Source: Asterias rubens
Taxonomy: Eukaryota
Length of the DNA: 64,000 bases
Assembly: GCF_902459465.1 (NCBI RefSeq)
Contig: NC_047074.1
Coordinates: 1,240,001-1,304,000 of the forward strand
Reading direction: 5' to 3'
The notes beneath the pieces were generated by a model, which searched no databases, was not told where the DNA came from, and worked only from the letters and a program-made list of their open reading frames with translations. The position numbers and the translations under genes are program-made. Shown piece after piece: positions 1-13,249 of the stretch (position 1 is the first letter of the stretch; every line of letters starts with the position of its first letter).

Positions 1-402
1 GAGCAAATTTGCTCAGCTTAGGGGCGAGGGGGTGTTAGGGACAATGGTGCTTGTTCAATGTTTCAGCATGCCACTACACGGTTGTTAAACTATTTCTGTG
101 ACGTCACTCTAGCGATGTAAGTGTAGATTATCTGCTTACGAATCTACACGCAACTGCAGTTACGAATCCACACTTTAACTGTCGATTTGTTATACACGTC
201 AAACGTAAGTTTGTAAATAGTTCGGCTTGGAAATTAACGTTATTTCCAAACTGAAAGATAACATGATGTGCAACAAAACACAGACGGAAACATGTTATCT
301 TTCAATTTACAGTAACATTTACCAGTTAAAAAAAATTCATGCCTGTTTAATTTGCAAAATAGTTATGTGGAAGTAAATGAATGCAATATAGGCATAAAGC
401 CA

Positions 403-769
403 TTAAAGCTATTGGACACTTTCGGTAAACAGTATTGTCCAAAGGCCCACACTTCGTGTATCACAATTACTTATATATAAAATAACGAACCTGTGAAAAT
501 TTAGGCTCAGTCCGTCATCGGAGTCGGGAGGAAATAACGGGAAAACCCACCCTTGTTTCCGCACGTTTCGCCGTGTCATGACATTTTGTTTACTATAAAT
601 CCATAGTTCTCAATGTCGAGAATTGATAATTGTTTTTATGTTTTCTCAAAAAGTAAAGCATTTCATGGAATAATATTTCAAGAGAAGTCTTTTACCAATA
701 CCTTCTGTAAACCCCGTAAGTTATTTGTAAACTTTTTTCCTGTTCCCAAAGTGTATAATATGGCTATAA
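403..769. mobile_element. Kolobok-type MITE, divergent subfamily
   Basis: TTAA-AGCTATTGGACACTTTCGG left end, internal aaataacgaacctgtgaaaattt block shared with the main family, degenerate right end. Confidence 0.55.
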
Positions 770-1120
770 AACCATGTGAAGAGGATAACCTTGCGTTGAA
801 GTGTTACATTTCAGATTGATTTTCACAAAGTGCCACATCTAATCGGTACATTTTATCTGGTACAAGCTGTCTCGTACCTCAAAACTAGGTTTCATCAAAA
901 TGTAGTCTACAGGAACAAATGTTTTTATTGCGGAATATTGCAGGAGCAGTGCAACTACATCGAGGTCAAGGTAATATAGAGGGAAGTGTATCCAATTGCT
1001 TAGACAATATTTAGAACCGTGTTACACCAAGTACAAATGAAACCAAACAGTGTCGATGCATTGTTTGTGTGGATCGTTGCTTTTTAGAGATATTCCATCA
1101 TCTATATATAGCCGGCTTGT

Positions 1121-1330
1121 GAAGTCAATTTTTTGACTCCCCAAAATGGCCGACCGTGCTCGTTCGAAAAGTTAAAGGGAAACCACGAAACTTCGAGGCA
1201 TTGTGGGGATAATTAAGTTCTACTTTTAAAACATCTTTCTAAAACCATATGCACTTCATAACAAACGATTTCAAACGATTTTCATAGACCAACTCGGCCG
1301 CCGATCCAAGGCAACGTGTCCCAGCCTTAG
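1121..1330. mobile_element. Right half of the fold-back MITE seen complete at 24228-24611
   Basis: Matches 24400-24610 (tttgactcccc...ccaactcg.c.gatccaaggcaacg). Confidence 0.7.
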
Positions 1331-1450
1331 AATCCTGAAGACGAACAGAGACACTGTTCGAAACGTCGAGACACAGAGCCAACACTCCCATAAAGTGATT
1401 AACAAATTGTTGTACCCGCAAATTTTCTATTTATATATAGTTTCTTCCTA
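1331..1450 (+). ncRNA. Minimal type-I hammerhead ribozyme motif in a Penelope-type short repeat
   Basis: CTGAAGA 1335-1341, stem II GAACAG/CTGTTC, GAAA 1360-1363, C-GTC (palindromic ACGT helix III). Helix I is only 2 bp. The tail is homologous to 62533-62620. Confidence 0.7.
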
Positions 1451-2797
1451 TTATTTTATTATAATAGTTGAATTTCAATGCAGCAAAATTGGCATTTCTA
1501 CTTACGGGTCCATTATAGGGAGCAATGCGTGTGAGTGATTTCAGATTCTAGTCACATGGGCGGACAGCAAACAATGCCCCCGTGCGGAAGCGCGTTTTTC
1601 CACCACTGTCCGATCGATCGATCACGGTTGGCTGCTTGCATGCGAGCTGGCAACATCTAACGGAAACAGTAGTTTTAGCAAAGGCACTTAAAAGCATAGG
1701 CGGTAACCCAACCGGGAGACTCATCGGGAACCTTGGACGTATCGTGACGCCAACCGCCCTACAAACGCAATCCACTTCTTGTCATGATAAATCATAATAT
1801 GAAAAGAAAATGATAATCACCAAAGTCATAAAAAAACCTAATAATAATAACAATTAATCTGGATAACTGTCTTTCTATATTCTACTACCGCAGAGTAGAT
1901 GTGTAGGATGGTTCGGTAGATACACACATGGTGTTACCTCAAACTAAATCTATTTATTAATACCTCATCATGCAATGCCTCAAATCCTATAATTACTCTG
2001 GTGGAGTTGTCAAAGCAAAGACTTATTAAACATCTAGTTGAATTCTAGTGTTTTTGTCCTCAGTAAAACTGTTGTTACTTAATTATTATTTATTTGGGCA
2101 TTGATACAAACAACATCATACAGATAATAGGCCTAAGATATGAATAAAAGCTACCCCAAGCGGTAACAAAATACAGGCAATTGGCAAGCCTTGCAAAACA
2201 ACCCATAAAATAAACCAAAAACGTTTACGTATTTTGTTGCAAAACGTAAGTTTGGAAAAAACGTATCAAGCATCTGGAAAGCCCCAAAAATATGCTGAAT
2301 TACACATTACCAATCTGAAAAAATACTTATATTGTTTGCACATTTATATGGTTCGAACAGACTACGCGGGGTTAACGGTGATATGGCTTCTGACTGACAC
2401 CTCGTTCGAAGATATTAGGGAGCTTTCGACTCGGGACAGTATGGCGTACATGCCGGAAAGTAACCGGACGCGGCGGTCCTGGCGCTCACGCTCACGTCTT
2501 GATGTGTAAGCTGTTTCGCTTTCTAGCTAGGACGGTGAAACGGCCACAGGATCACGGTTCAGTGCAGTGCATATCAACCATAACAACGCGGACATACATG
2601 TATGTGACACCACTCTTTCGTGCTTATATAGACTGGACGTTATTTCACCCTAAGACCATCCTCAAACTCTGTAGGACGGATACGTGTTCAGTTCCGCGCA
2701 TGCGCAGATCGACTATTTCGCTCCCTTACCCTTCCTCATCCCGTCCCGAATCGAAAAACCCCTATTGGCTAATTTTAATGGGAAGACCGGCGACATA

Positions 2798-2884
2798 GGG
2801 CTAGATAGCTCAGTTGGTGAGTTAGTCCGGAGGGCGTTGGTTGAAGTCCCGCTCTGGGTAAGTTATCCTTCGTTCAAACCCTAA
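2798..2884 (+). mobile_element. Short tRNA-derived SINE
   Basis: A-box tagctcagttggt and degenerate B-box ggttgaagtccc; no complete cloverleaf or acceptor stem. Confidence 0.55.
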
Positions 2885-3477
2885 TTTAAAAGAAAAACAA
2901 AAAATAATACCCAGGCAGTTTCCCTTGTAGTTTATTCCATTTATTTTCAAAGAGAGAAGAAAGCTTGAAACGGCAGTGTCACTAAGGATCCGAGCCGAAT
3001 GCCTGACGAGCGTTGGGGGCGCTGAAAAAAATATTTAGCGATAGCATGGACAAAACATAGCTACTGGAACTTTGTTCAAAGAGTGTTCAAAGAGTGTACA
3101 AATTGTTCATGTACAGAAGTTTCAAGCGACGCTTCCGATGGTGTCCGTCACTGAGAGTAGAACGCCAGCAATAAATACAAACAAAAGCAGACAAATAGAA
3201 GAAAGATAGAAAACTTATGCAGGAGTAAGATTAATGTTGGAATGAAATACAACACCACTTTTGTCTTTGCCTGTTGAGGGCTTCATTGCTACGTTTGTGT
3301 GCTCGACACTAAAGTTTATTTATCATGCCCCCTCATGAACATATCTCAGTTACCAGCAGATAGCTTTAAGTGTTACAAATGATGTCTGAGTGGGTTTTAT
3401 TATCAAGTATATAAAAGCAAAAATGTTGACTGAGATGTTATCCAACCGTCTTGGCCTACATACACCGATATGACTTT

Positions 3478-3841
3478 TTAAAGGCACTGGACACTATTGG
3501 TAATTGTCAAAGACCAGTTTTCTCACTTGGTGTATCTCAACATATGCATAAAATAACAAACCTGTGGAAATCTGGGCTCAATTGGTCATTGCAGTTGCAA
3601 GACAATAATGAAAGAAAAATCACCCTTGCTGCATTAAGTTTTCTTTTTTAGTCGCTTTATAAAAGGCTTCAGCTGAATTGAGTGAGAAATTACCTCTTTC
3701 TCAAGTATCTACGTTACTTCAGAGGAACGTTTCTCACGATATTGTTTACTAATCACGAAAACAGGTCTCCATTGCTCATTACCCAAGACGTTTTGTGCTA
3801 AAATTATTTTGAGTATTACCAATAGTGTCCAATGCCTTTAA
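3478..3841. mobile_element. Kolobok-type MITE, main family (ggcttcagctgaa variant)
   Basis: TTAA-AGGCACTGGACACTATTGGTAAT ... ATTACCAATAGTGTCCAATGCCT-TTAA terminal inverted repeats. TTAA flanks with RR..YY ends fit Kolobok rather than piggyBac. Confidence 0.8.
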
Positions 3842-4209
3842 AGACAGTGGACACTATTGGTAACTGTCAAAGACCAGTCTTCTCACTTGGTGTATACATA
3901 AAATAACCAATATGTGAAAATTTCAGCTCAATTTGGTCGTCGAAATTGCGAGATAACTATGAAAGAAAAAAACACCATTGCCACACGAAGTTGTGTGCTT
4001 TCAGATCAGATGCTTGATTTCGAGACCTCAAGTTCTATCTGAGGTCTCGAAATCAAATTCGTGGAAAATTTTCGAAAACTAAGTCACTTCAGAGGGAGCA
4101 GTTTCTCACAATATTTTATACTATCATCCTCTCCCCATTACCTGCTACCAAGTAAGGTTTTATGCTAATATAATTTTGAGTAATTACCAATAGTGTCCAA
4201 TGCCCTTAA
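3838..4209. mobile_element. Kolobok-type MITE, main family, tandem to the previous copy
   Basis: Shares the TTAA at 3838-3841; same TIRs; internal gatttcgagacctca hairpin. Confidence 0.8.
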
Positions 4210-4328
4210 GACAAGATGACAGCATTCGGTTTAGGTTAATTGGCTAGCATGTTACCAAAAAATGATGGATTATATTCGAGGAGAGTCAAAGACATACTCA
4301 AAGAGCAATCATACTTTTAAGGTTATGT

Positions 4329-4731
4329 TTAAAGGCACTGGACACTATTGGTAATTACCCCCCAAAAATGCTTAGCATAAAAACTTACTTGGTAACAAGC
4401 AATGGGGAGCTGTTGATAGTATAAAACATTGGGAGAAACGGCTCCCTCTGAAGTAACGTAGTTTTCGAAAGAAGTAATTTTCCACTAAAATATTTGAATT
4501 TGATTTCGAGACCTCAAAGTTATAGATTTTAAGGTCCCGAAATCAAGCATCTGAAAGCACACAACTTAGTGTGACAAGGGTGCTTTTTCTTCCCTTATTA
4601 TCTCGCAACTTCGATGACCAATTAAGTTCAAATTTTCACAGGTTTTTTATTTTTTGGGCATATGTTGAGATACACCAAGCGAGCAGACTGGTCTTTGACA
4701 ATTATTACCAAAGGTGTCCAGTGTATCTTAA
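4329..4731. mobile_element. Kolobok-type MITE, main family, opposite orientation
   Basis: TTAA-AGGCACTGGACACTATTGG ... ggtgtccagtgtatc-TTAA. Confidence 0.8.
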
Positions 4732-5574
4732 GTCTTCTGTGCTATACTGGATGGGATGTTCTGGTCGCCATGTTATGCTTGCTGTAATTCGAATAAAAAT
4801 GTTAACAAGACAGTTCGTATTTTGCCTGTAAGGAGGACACGTCTATGCTATTCCAGGCACAAACTACTTTAGAGAGAAACCACTGAGCCCCCCGTCTGCC
4901 CAAAGACAGGAGACTGTTAGTGGCGTCCCAGCAAGTTATAGGTTGGCTTAAAGGGGGGGGGGGGTGCCTATACGGTGATGTTTCGCATCACTGGATTTAT
5001 GGTTATGGATATCATTATGTTAAGAACCAAAAAAATAGTCGTTATTAGACTAAAAACACTCTAGCAGAAAACTCCCTTGTGACGCCAGTTATTAAGGTAG
5101 CATCTAAAAGTATACTAATCTGTAATCAATGAGGCTGCTATAAATTGTGATGTTTTCTTGCTATTATAACGTCTCCATCAAGTTGTCATTAGTCTACAGA
5201 GAATTCAAATACATGTTCACGTTACAACTATATCTTCATGTAAAAGGAACGTAGACAATGCGGAGGGACGCACAGTGTTTTATTGACATATATTAAAAAC
5301 CCGAAAACGACTATTGCCGCGTAAACTGGTGACTACTGGTCTATATTTGACAAACCTTAGGGACTCAGTCTAAACGTAGTTGCTGCCACGATGGAGCTCC
5401 CGCCTTGCGGATTCTCATCTGAATTCCCATCTGAATTAAAATTTATGTCCCGTTTGAAGCATCCAGTCATCCATGGTATCTGAACTACAATTTATGTCCC
5501 GTTTGAAGCATCTATAGTCATGTTAAGGCAGGGCTTGCCATAGGGGAACAGCATAACTTTACTAAAAAATACGT

Positions 5575-5615
5575 GGTCTAAAGAGAAAGATCTGCTATGA
5601 GTCGAAACGTCGACC
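5575..5615 (+). mobile_element. Decayed hammerhead-like Penelope repeat remnant
   Basis: GGTC...GAGTC-GAAA-C-GTC-GACC gives a 4-bp helix I and the 3' core, but no intact CTGANGA. Confidence 0.35.
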
Positions 5616-8600
5616 CTTGACAATTTTTCAAACTATTTATTGCAACAGCTATGTTAAAAATATTGTTTTACACAGGTCGCTTATGTTAGAGGCTACACCT
5701 TTTCTCAGCCCCCCCCCAAAAAAAAAATAAATAAATCGTGTGTTATCACACATCAAATAAAAGCAAAAACTTGATCCACAAAAGGTATCAAGAAACCCTT
5801 TAAGTCATGATATAAACATTTTGAGGGTTATAGTCCGGGCTTAACTATACTCAATTCTCTAATCAGTTCTGGATTCAGTGTAAATCCACGTCAGAGAGTT
5901 GATTAAAAACCATATAATTCTGTTGCAACCTATATGCTGCACGTGAAACTGTAGAATGATTGGCTACAGAGAAAGAAATATGCTGATATCCAGATCTGCC
6001 AAGTTTCACAATTCCAAAGTAATTACCAGCGGATCCGTCTGGAATCTATCTCAAAATCCCCCAGTTCCTGCTCGACTGGGAATGAAGGGATTTGGTTGCC
6101 TCGGGTGTAACTGCCATCCTTCCCAGTAGGTTGGTTCTACTGCGAGAGAGGCAACGAGTTGATTACTCGATTAAACCGGATGAATATTCTCTCAATTGAA
6201 TTCCAACAAGTCCATTTCAGGGGGACAAACCTTTAGCAATTTATGCTGCCTTCTTAAGCTTAAGTGTCATCAATGTTTTAATAATGGAGGCGTCAATACA
6301 CGACGTTTCGATACGTATAACATGGTCTTCATCTGAAGCATTTGGACGTATAGCTATAATCATGATTTGGCTGAGGTTTATCATTTTTTGTTCACAAAGA
6401 AAACCTCCGTTTTTTGTTTTAATTATCAAATCCGGTTATTTTAATGTTGTTTTATGATATTCAGTATTCCTTTTTTCTTCTTTAAACTTCATTTCTTATA
6501 TTCGTTGTTTATAAATTGTTTATGTTAAAAGCGCAGATTTGAGTCAGAACATAGTAAAATAGTTACACATCACTAAATAATAGTAAATTGTAATTTCAAG
6601 CGAAAACTAAAACCCACTTGTTTAAAGAACAAGTGAGATGTCTTCCATGTCAAATGAGCTTTAAAGTTATTCACGCATCTTCAAGAATTGTTACCAAAGC
6701 CCAATTTGGCATAATGCTGTAAGTGTTTATTGATTTATCGATGAATTGGTCTGTGAAACATCTTGAAGAATTTGATCAAACACCTTGTGCCAGCTCCATC
6801 CTTTGATGCAGCGGCCCGCCAGGCAGGAGTTCAAAGAGGTGTTTGCGGTAGGATAACAACTTTCATGGACAAGCTGAATTGAGTTTAGCCCGACCATGGA
6901 CTTGTGTATGTTGCGATGAGAAGCCAGGCGTGTGTAAGTGGGAGTCAACTTTGACATAGCTGTGGAGGAGGGTAAGATGCTGTGAGAAAAAGGTTTAATA
7001 CTATAATAATAAAACAACAAAGTGAATACTAAAATGTCTAGCTTTTCTAAATATATATTTATACATAAAAGCGAAGAGCGAAACAAAATCACACTATGTG
7101 AGAACTGAATGTCTAATTTAAGGAGTTTTATAACACACACGAAATACATCTGTTAAGGAATAAGTCAAAACTATGACATTTGCCTGCGAGCAAAACTTAT
7201 GTTAGCTTTATTTATCGATTTAAAACCACAATGAAAAAAAATGCCCACACGTTCAGCAAACTCTTGTGTTATTTTTTTTTCAGTTTATGTTAGCTCTCAA
7301 CTGACCTCTTATTAGTTACAGACATAATTTTTTTTTATCGGTTAACCTATAATCTGTGCGGAACAATTGACGACAGAAGATATATGATCAAACAACCCGG
7401 GTGACATTTAATTGCCCCAACACTAACTTTCTAAGCTTTATTTGCGGTCGGAAAGGGTCGGTATATGGCTCACCGCTTTAAAGTTCAATCCACAAACATC
7501 ATTCTTGTCTCTAAAAGAACATAACAAGTATACCTTGAATAATCTCCACTTTGACAATTGAAGGAGCAAAAGGTTACCGTGATTATTATTTGGGACTTTT
7601 CAAACAACATTTGTCCAGCGGTGTTATTCCCAAATGCCCGTATTCAATTTCCCTGCCTTTTTAGAATGAGTCCCCCCGAGGCGAAGCAATGATCCATTTT
7701 TGTCTTCATCTCTTGTTTTGTGAAAACTAAACCCGAGTCTTTCGAGACCTGTATATAATAACTACTCCCCTTTTCGTTTTGTCTATCCCCCATCGATAAT
7801 GCTAACGGATGCTATTATGGCACTATACCACATGTAAAATGCTATCAATCTTTGATCAATGCGTGGGAAGAAACACATTGCGATCGCCAACCCGTTATGT
7901 ACGTCACACTATACCTAGTTACTTATTCACAATAAACCAGTCAAAAGGAAGCTTTCAATAGAGTCTAAGTGTAACTAAATAGTGCGTTCGTACGCATCAA
8001 GTGTCATATTAACATTATAATGTGCCTCCCTCGGGGAACATGCAACATTGGTTGGGACATAATAATGGAACAAAGCTCCACTGAAATGAAATCAACTATT
8101 TATCACAATTCTGCAATTAGTTTTTGCAACAAGACTATTTGGGGAGAAGTTACATTCAATATAATTTCCTTTACAATAATCTAGCCAAGGGAATCACCTT
8201 AAGGGGATGCGACTTTTTGTTTCAGATATCAATATAAACCACAAGGGAAACTGATTGGGTATATTTAATTGTAAGCGGTAACTTGTGACTAAGCAAGTCA
8301 TTGTACCAGACAATATTATTCAAATCTAACTTGCAAATTGCTTGTTAGGGGTCTGTTTAGTGTGGGTGTCACGTACACTTGCCTATAATAACAGATTCTT
8401 TCACCCAGTTCTGTAAACGTCAAGAACGTACCAAGTGCAACAATTTAAAACTGACTTTGACTCCTCTGTTTTAAGTCCCTTGAAGAGCAAAGTGCCGAGT
8501 CCTATTTCGTGTTGAGTGGTAACAAGTTAAGTCTTCAATGGGGAATGCTTGGTCTTCTAAGGCTCGGGGAGATTTTGACTTATTGTTTAAGACAACACAT

Positions 8601-9535
8601 AGAGTGAGCGATCAAACATGAACTACTCGTTCTGTTTGCACAAGCATCAATGTTGATTAGCTTCAGTTCTCCTTCGTGGGCCATTTGTGGGGGGAAAAGT
8701 GCCGAGGCTGGATCCAGACAAACTGCCTTAGAGCGTTAAATTAATTCGTGGCTGTGGTAAAACCCTTACTTAAGGTATAACTGCACTCGAGAGGATCTGA
8801 TAAAAAATGGAAGGGGTTTTCTAAAAAGCTGCGGCTTGCTTTGGGGAAATTATCTTTATGACATTTGACTCGCGGGGGGATGTCTGCATCGTTGTGTTTG
8901 ACAATTGGAAAGGCGAACTTCATATACATGGAATGATTGAATTTTGGTTTTGTTTTCACCGGGAATATTTGTGTTGCTGTGAAAAAGTTTTGAAGAAACA
9001 CGGTACTCATATGGCAAATTAAACAAAAGAAAACATACATTAAAAGGATATAAAATTTTACTGCCCATATGTTGAACATGTAGTCAATGAAAGCACTCGC
9101 TATGTCACGAAAAACGACAACAAAAAACAACATCAAAATTATGACTTAATTTGTTCCGATTGAATATGGAAAATGGCCTAGATTCCACCAACCCTTGGAA
9201 TTGTCTTCGAATTATTTGATTGCTAATAATAAACCAGACAAAGTTCATTCTTTTTAATTAAACTCAAAATTGTGAACCTTAAAAGATAAAACCTTTGACA
9301 AAGAAATTAAAGTCTACCAACTTAGTAGCAACAATAAGAACAAAACAAAATCAATGCAACTTTAAGATTTATTTTCTGCTACTTAAGTCCCGGAAACAGC
9401 GCTTTTGTTACTCATCATTATTTCTGGACTATTTTTAATATCATTACTGTTCTTCTGAAAGAACAATGGTGGATATACTGCAGTGTATGAGAGCAGACAA
9501 TAGACCTTATGCAATGACGTCAACACGCCGTTATC

Positions 9536-9827
9536 TTAAAGGCACTTGACACCATTGGAAATTACTCAAAATAATTGTTAGCATAAAAACTTCATTAGTA
9601 ATGAGTAGTGGAGAGCTTTTGATACTATAAAACGTTGTGAAAAACGGCTCCCTCTAAAGTAACGTATTTTGGAGAAAACAAATAATTTTCCACTAAAATA
9701 GTTGAATTTGATTTTGAGTCCTCAGAATTAGATTTTGAGGTATCGAATTCAAGCATCTAAAAGCACACAACTTGTGAGACAAGGTTTTTTTTTTCTTCCA
9801 TTGTTCTCTCGCAACTTCGACGACCAA
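9536..9827. mobile_element. Kolobok-type MITE, truncated
   Basis: Left TIR and internal consensus present; ends at cgaccaatg. Confidence 0.7.
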
Positions 9828-10757
9828 TGCCCCGCTAGCGCGCGCCCCGCTATATGACGTCACTACGTCTGGCCTGATTTTACACTGGTTTGCTCTAAAT
9901 CTGATTCACACAGCTGGTACGTTACCAGGGAGCCAAGGAAATAGCGCAGCCAACGGCGGAAATCATCAATAACACAAAATGGTAACGTGTTTGTTCGCAG
10001 GGGATAACAACAACATTAGTTTAATGGGTCAAGTTCATCATTATAAATAATTTATGACGGAGAATACTGAATTATTAAATATTAATAAATCTCTGCCGCA
10101 GGGGGAAAAAACACAACAACCAAAAATGACTACGTAGAACATCGTGTTTACTTTTTTATTGAAAATAAATAAAACAGAGATTTGGGAATAAGGTGCACTG
10201 AGTAAACAAACCAAAGAAACAAAACAAAACCAACAAAACGAAAATTAGCTCCGAATGATGCGTAACTAATTCCGGACACAAACCAATTGAAGCACGAGTT
10301 TAATTCCATGTCTATTTTTCTTGTATTACAATTTGTTTCGTCGCAGTGAGTTCCAAGTGTTCATTTTGATGGTTGTCAAAGGCGGATCCAATCTGGTATT
10401 TTCTAATTGTGTTATTGTCTCATGAGCGAGATATTTAGCAGATCTATAGGGGGAATTTCACAAAGTGATCGTTCGGTAAATCAAGTTGTTTTTAAGATAT
10501 AACTACAATGAATGGATTAACCCCCTCCCCCCAAAAAAAAAAAAAAAAAAAAAACTGAAAAAGAAAAGAAAAGAAAAACTGTGAGGTATCATCAATTTGG
10601 TTTGTTGTCACACAGTGTGTGTATCTTTTTCGAGGAAAATTTGTGTTCTTTTGAGAACCTGTCTTGATTTATATTCTACTACCGCGAGTAGGTCTTTTTG
10701 AGACTTACAATTTGTTTTCTTTTCTTGTTTGAAATACGCGCTGTGGTGTCCACACAA

Positions 10758-10957
10758 CTGGGTCTAATTTCATAGAGCTGCTAAGCACACAAACTGCTTA
10801 GTATGACATGTCTTCCTTGATAAAAACAGGATTACCTGCCAAATTTACATTCGTTGCATATTGCTTATTGTTACTGGTATTCAGCTGTTTTTATCAAGGC
10901 AAAAATGTCATGCTAAGTAAATGTCTGTGCTTAGCAGCTCTATGAAATTGGACCCTG
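10758..10957. mobile_element. PIF/Harbinger-type MITE, second family
   Basis: CTG-ggtctaatttcatagagctgctaagcac ... gtgcttagcagctctatgaaattggacc-CTG. Confidence 0.75.
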
Positions 10958-11859
10958 GTCTGACGGTTGGAACTGATATCGCAATCCTGACGATTGGAAT
11001 TGACGACAATAAGTCAAGTTTATCAAACTATGAAATGGCTTGTTTCCAGTCCCCACAAATTAGAGAAAACCATATTAAGACCATATCACAATAACTGTAC
11101 GACTACCACGAGCATGCTAATAACACAATCCTTACAACACTTCATGGTGTGCTACTCAAATCCGTCTACAAATCAATTAGGAGAGTGCGTAACAATAGCT
11201 CGCCATTATCAAAATACGCTGAAATTGGTCATATATTTACTCACATTTTGTCCATCTTCCCCATAATAGCTCCATTGAACACAGAATCATTTGCTAAAAG
11301 CCATTTTGTATACGGGGAGATTGGGATTGATTTTTGGAAGGTATTTTGTTGAGGATGGCTACGTCATGAGGGATGTACGGAACTGCAAAAGAGTGGTATT
11401 TTTAGGATTTATCTTTAAAGTAGTTTTCATGGTGTTATATTTATCTACGCAGTACATATACACCAGTTGAACAAGAGACATGAAAGTAATTAAATTAATA
11501 TTGTATTGTGTCTCCTAATGCGATGACATAAATCACATCTATAATTAACGGCAATGTGTTGTTCTATCAGGTCAGTACTCTAAACAATAAATTAATTGCA
11601 CGAAAACAAAAATGCTACCACCGGTACGGCACACACATTATCAAAAATGCATCCGCATGGAGCCGTCTTTTGTTCTTTCCTTTGTCCATTCACTTAACGG
11701 TTTCCCGTAGACTTTGTAGACAATTTTCCTTGTAGATTTCCACAGACAGTCATTAAGAATTCTCCTAATGGAGACCGTTTGTTTTTGCCTATTTTGTTTT
11801 TGTACAGACAATGAGCACGCCTCATTCAATCTCACGACACTTTCTAACATTATCCTTTT

Positions 11860-12401
11860 TTAAAGGCACTTTTTACTAGACACATTTTGGTCATTGTCAA
11901 TGACCAGGGGTGGATTTCACGAACGTCGTCCTAACTTAGGACTAGTCCTAGGCAATGCTAAGAGATAGGACCAGTCCTAAGTTAGGATGAGTTACTGATC
12001 CTAACTAAGGACCAGTCATATCTCTTAGCATTGCTTAGGACTAGTCCTAAGTCAGGACTACCTTTGTGAAATCGACCCCAGTATTCTCACTTGGTGTATC
12101 TCAAGAAAATGCATAAAATAACAAGTCTGTGGAAATTTGGACTCAACTGGTCATCGAAATTGCAAGGGGATTGGAAGAAAAACACCTTTGTTGCACTTAT
12201 TTGCGTGCTTTCAGATGCAAAATAAAGGGCTGCAGCTGAAGTATTGTTTTATTTGAGTAAGAAAATACCTCTTTTTCAAAAGCAATGTTACTTTGGATAT
12301 AACCTTTTTTCGCAGTGTTTTATGCTATCAACAGCTCTCCATTGTTACTAAGTACGTATGCTATCATTTATTTTGAGGATTAGCAGTAGTGTCAAGTGCC
12401 T
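11860..12401. mobile_element. Kolobok-type MITE interrupted by a Harbinger-type MITE
   Basis: Consensus gac-cag-tattctcacttgg is split at 11905-12081. Confidence 0.7.
11908..12078. mobile_element. PIF/Harbinger-type MITE (taggactagtccta family)
   Basis: CAG-GGGTGGATTTCAC...GTGAAATCGACCC-CAG: 3-bp CAG target-site duplication; interior built of TTAGGACTAGTCCTAA palindromes. Confidence 0.75.
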
Positions 12402-12671
12402 CCGATAATGTTTTGCTGTTGTATGTGGACATGTATTTAACATATGGACCTCATTTGTATTTTTGGCATCTATATTGCTGCGTTTTATATTGACCAATCT
12501 CTCATCTCATCTCTATACCTTAGGCGTTTTCTATTAGCTTTCGGATCCTCTAGATTTCTAGCTCAATACTGTCCCACATCCCCGCAATTTCTTATATAAA
12601 AAAAAAACTCATAACAATGTCCCTTATGGGTTCTACTTGAACAGACATTCATTCATTTAACATTACATGTC

Positions 12672-13207
12672 TTAAAGGCCCTGTACACTATTGAAAATTC
12701 ATTTAAAAAATAATAAGCATAAAAGACTTAAAGACACTAGACACTATTGGTAATTGTCAAAGACCAGTCTTCTCACTCGGTGTTTCTCAGCAACTGCATA
12801 AAATAACAAACCTGTGAAAATTTGAGCTAGATGGGCGTCGAAGTTGCGAGATAATATTGAAAGAAAAAATATCCTTGTCACACAAAGTTGTGTGCTTTCA
12901 GAATGCTTGATTTCGAGACCTCAAATTCTAAACTTGAGGTCTCGAAATCAAATTCGTGGAAAATTACTTCTTTCTCGAAAACTACGTTACTTCAGAGGGA
13001 GCCGTTTCTCACAATGTTGTATACTATCAACCTATCCCCATTACTCGTTACCAATAGAGGTTTTATGCTGATAATTATTTTGAGTAATTACAAACACTAG
13101 TGTCCACTGCCTTTACAAGCAAAAAAGAGCTGTTGATGATAATTATAAAACATTCTGTGAAACGGCTTCCTCTGGAGAACGTAATTATTGAGAAAGAGAG
13201 CAAATTC
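12672..13207. mobile_element. Nested Kolobok-type MITEs (inner copy 12728-13115 in opposite orientation)
   Basis: The outer consensus agcataaaa...caagcaa.ggagagctgttga resumes after the inner complete copy. Confidence 0.7.
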
Positions 13208-13249
13208 TCGTTCAAAGCAATCATAAATCAACAGCGTTAGCGAAACCGG

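Noticed and set aside
3003-3027. CTGACGA...GAAA hammerhead-like string
   Set aside because: Stem II does not close next to GAAA and no NUH triplet or helix I follows.
6301-6336. Minus-strand ...GATGAAGA...GAAACGTC hammerhead-like string
   Set aside because: Core and stem II are too degenerate to call; at most an old relic.
6727-7149. 140-aa minus-strand ORF with a GC-richer core
   Set aside because: I read the frames and found no recognisable domain or clean splice context.
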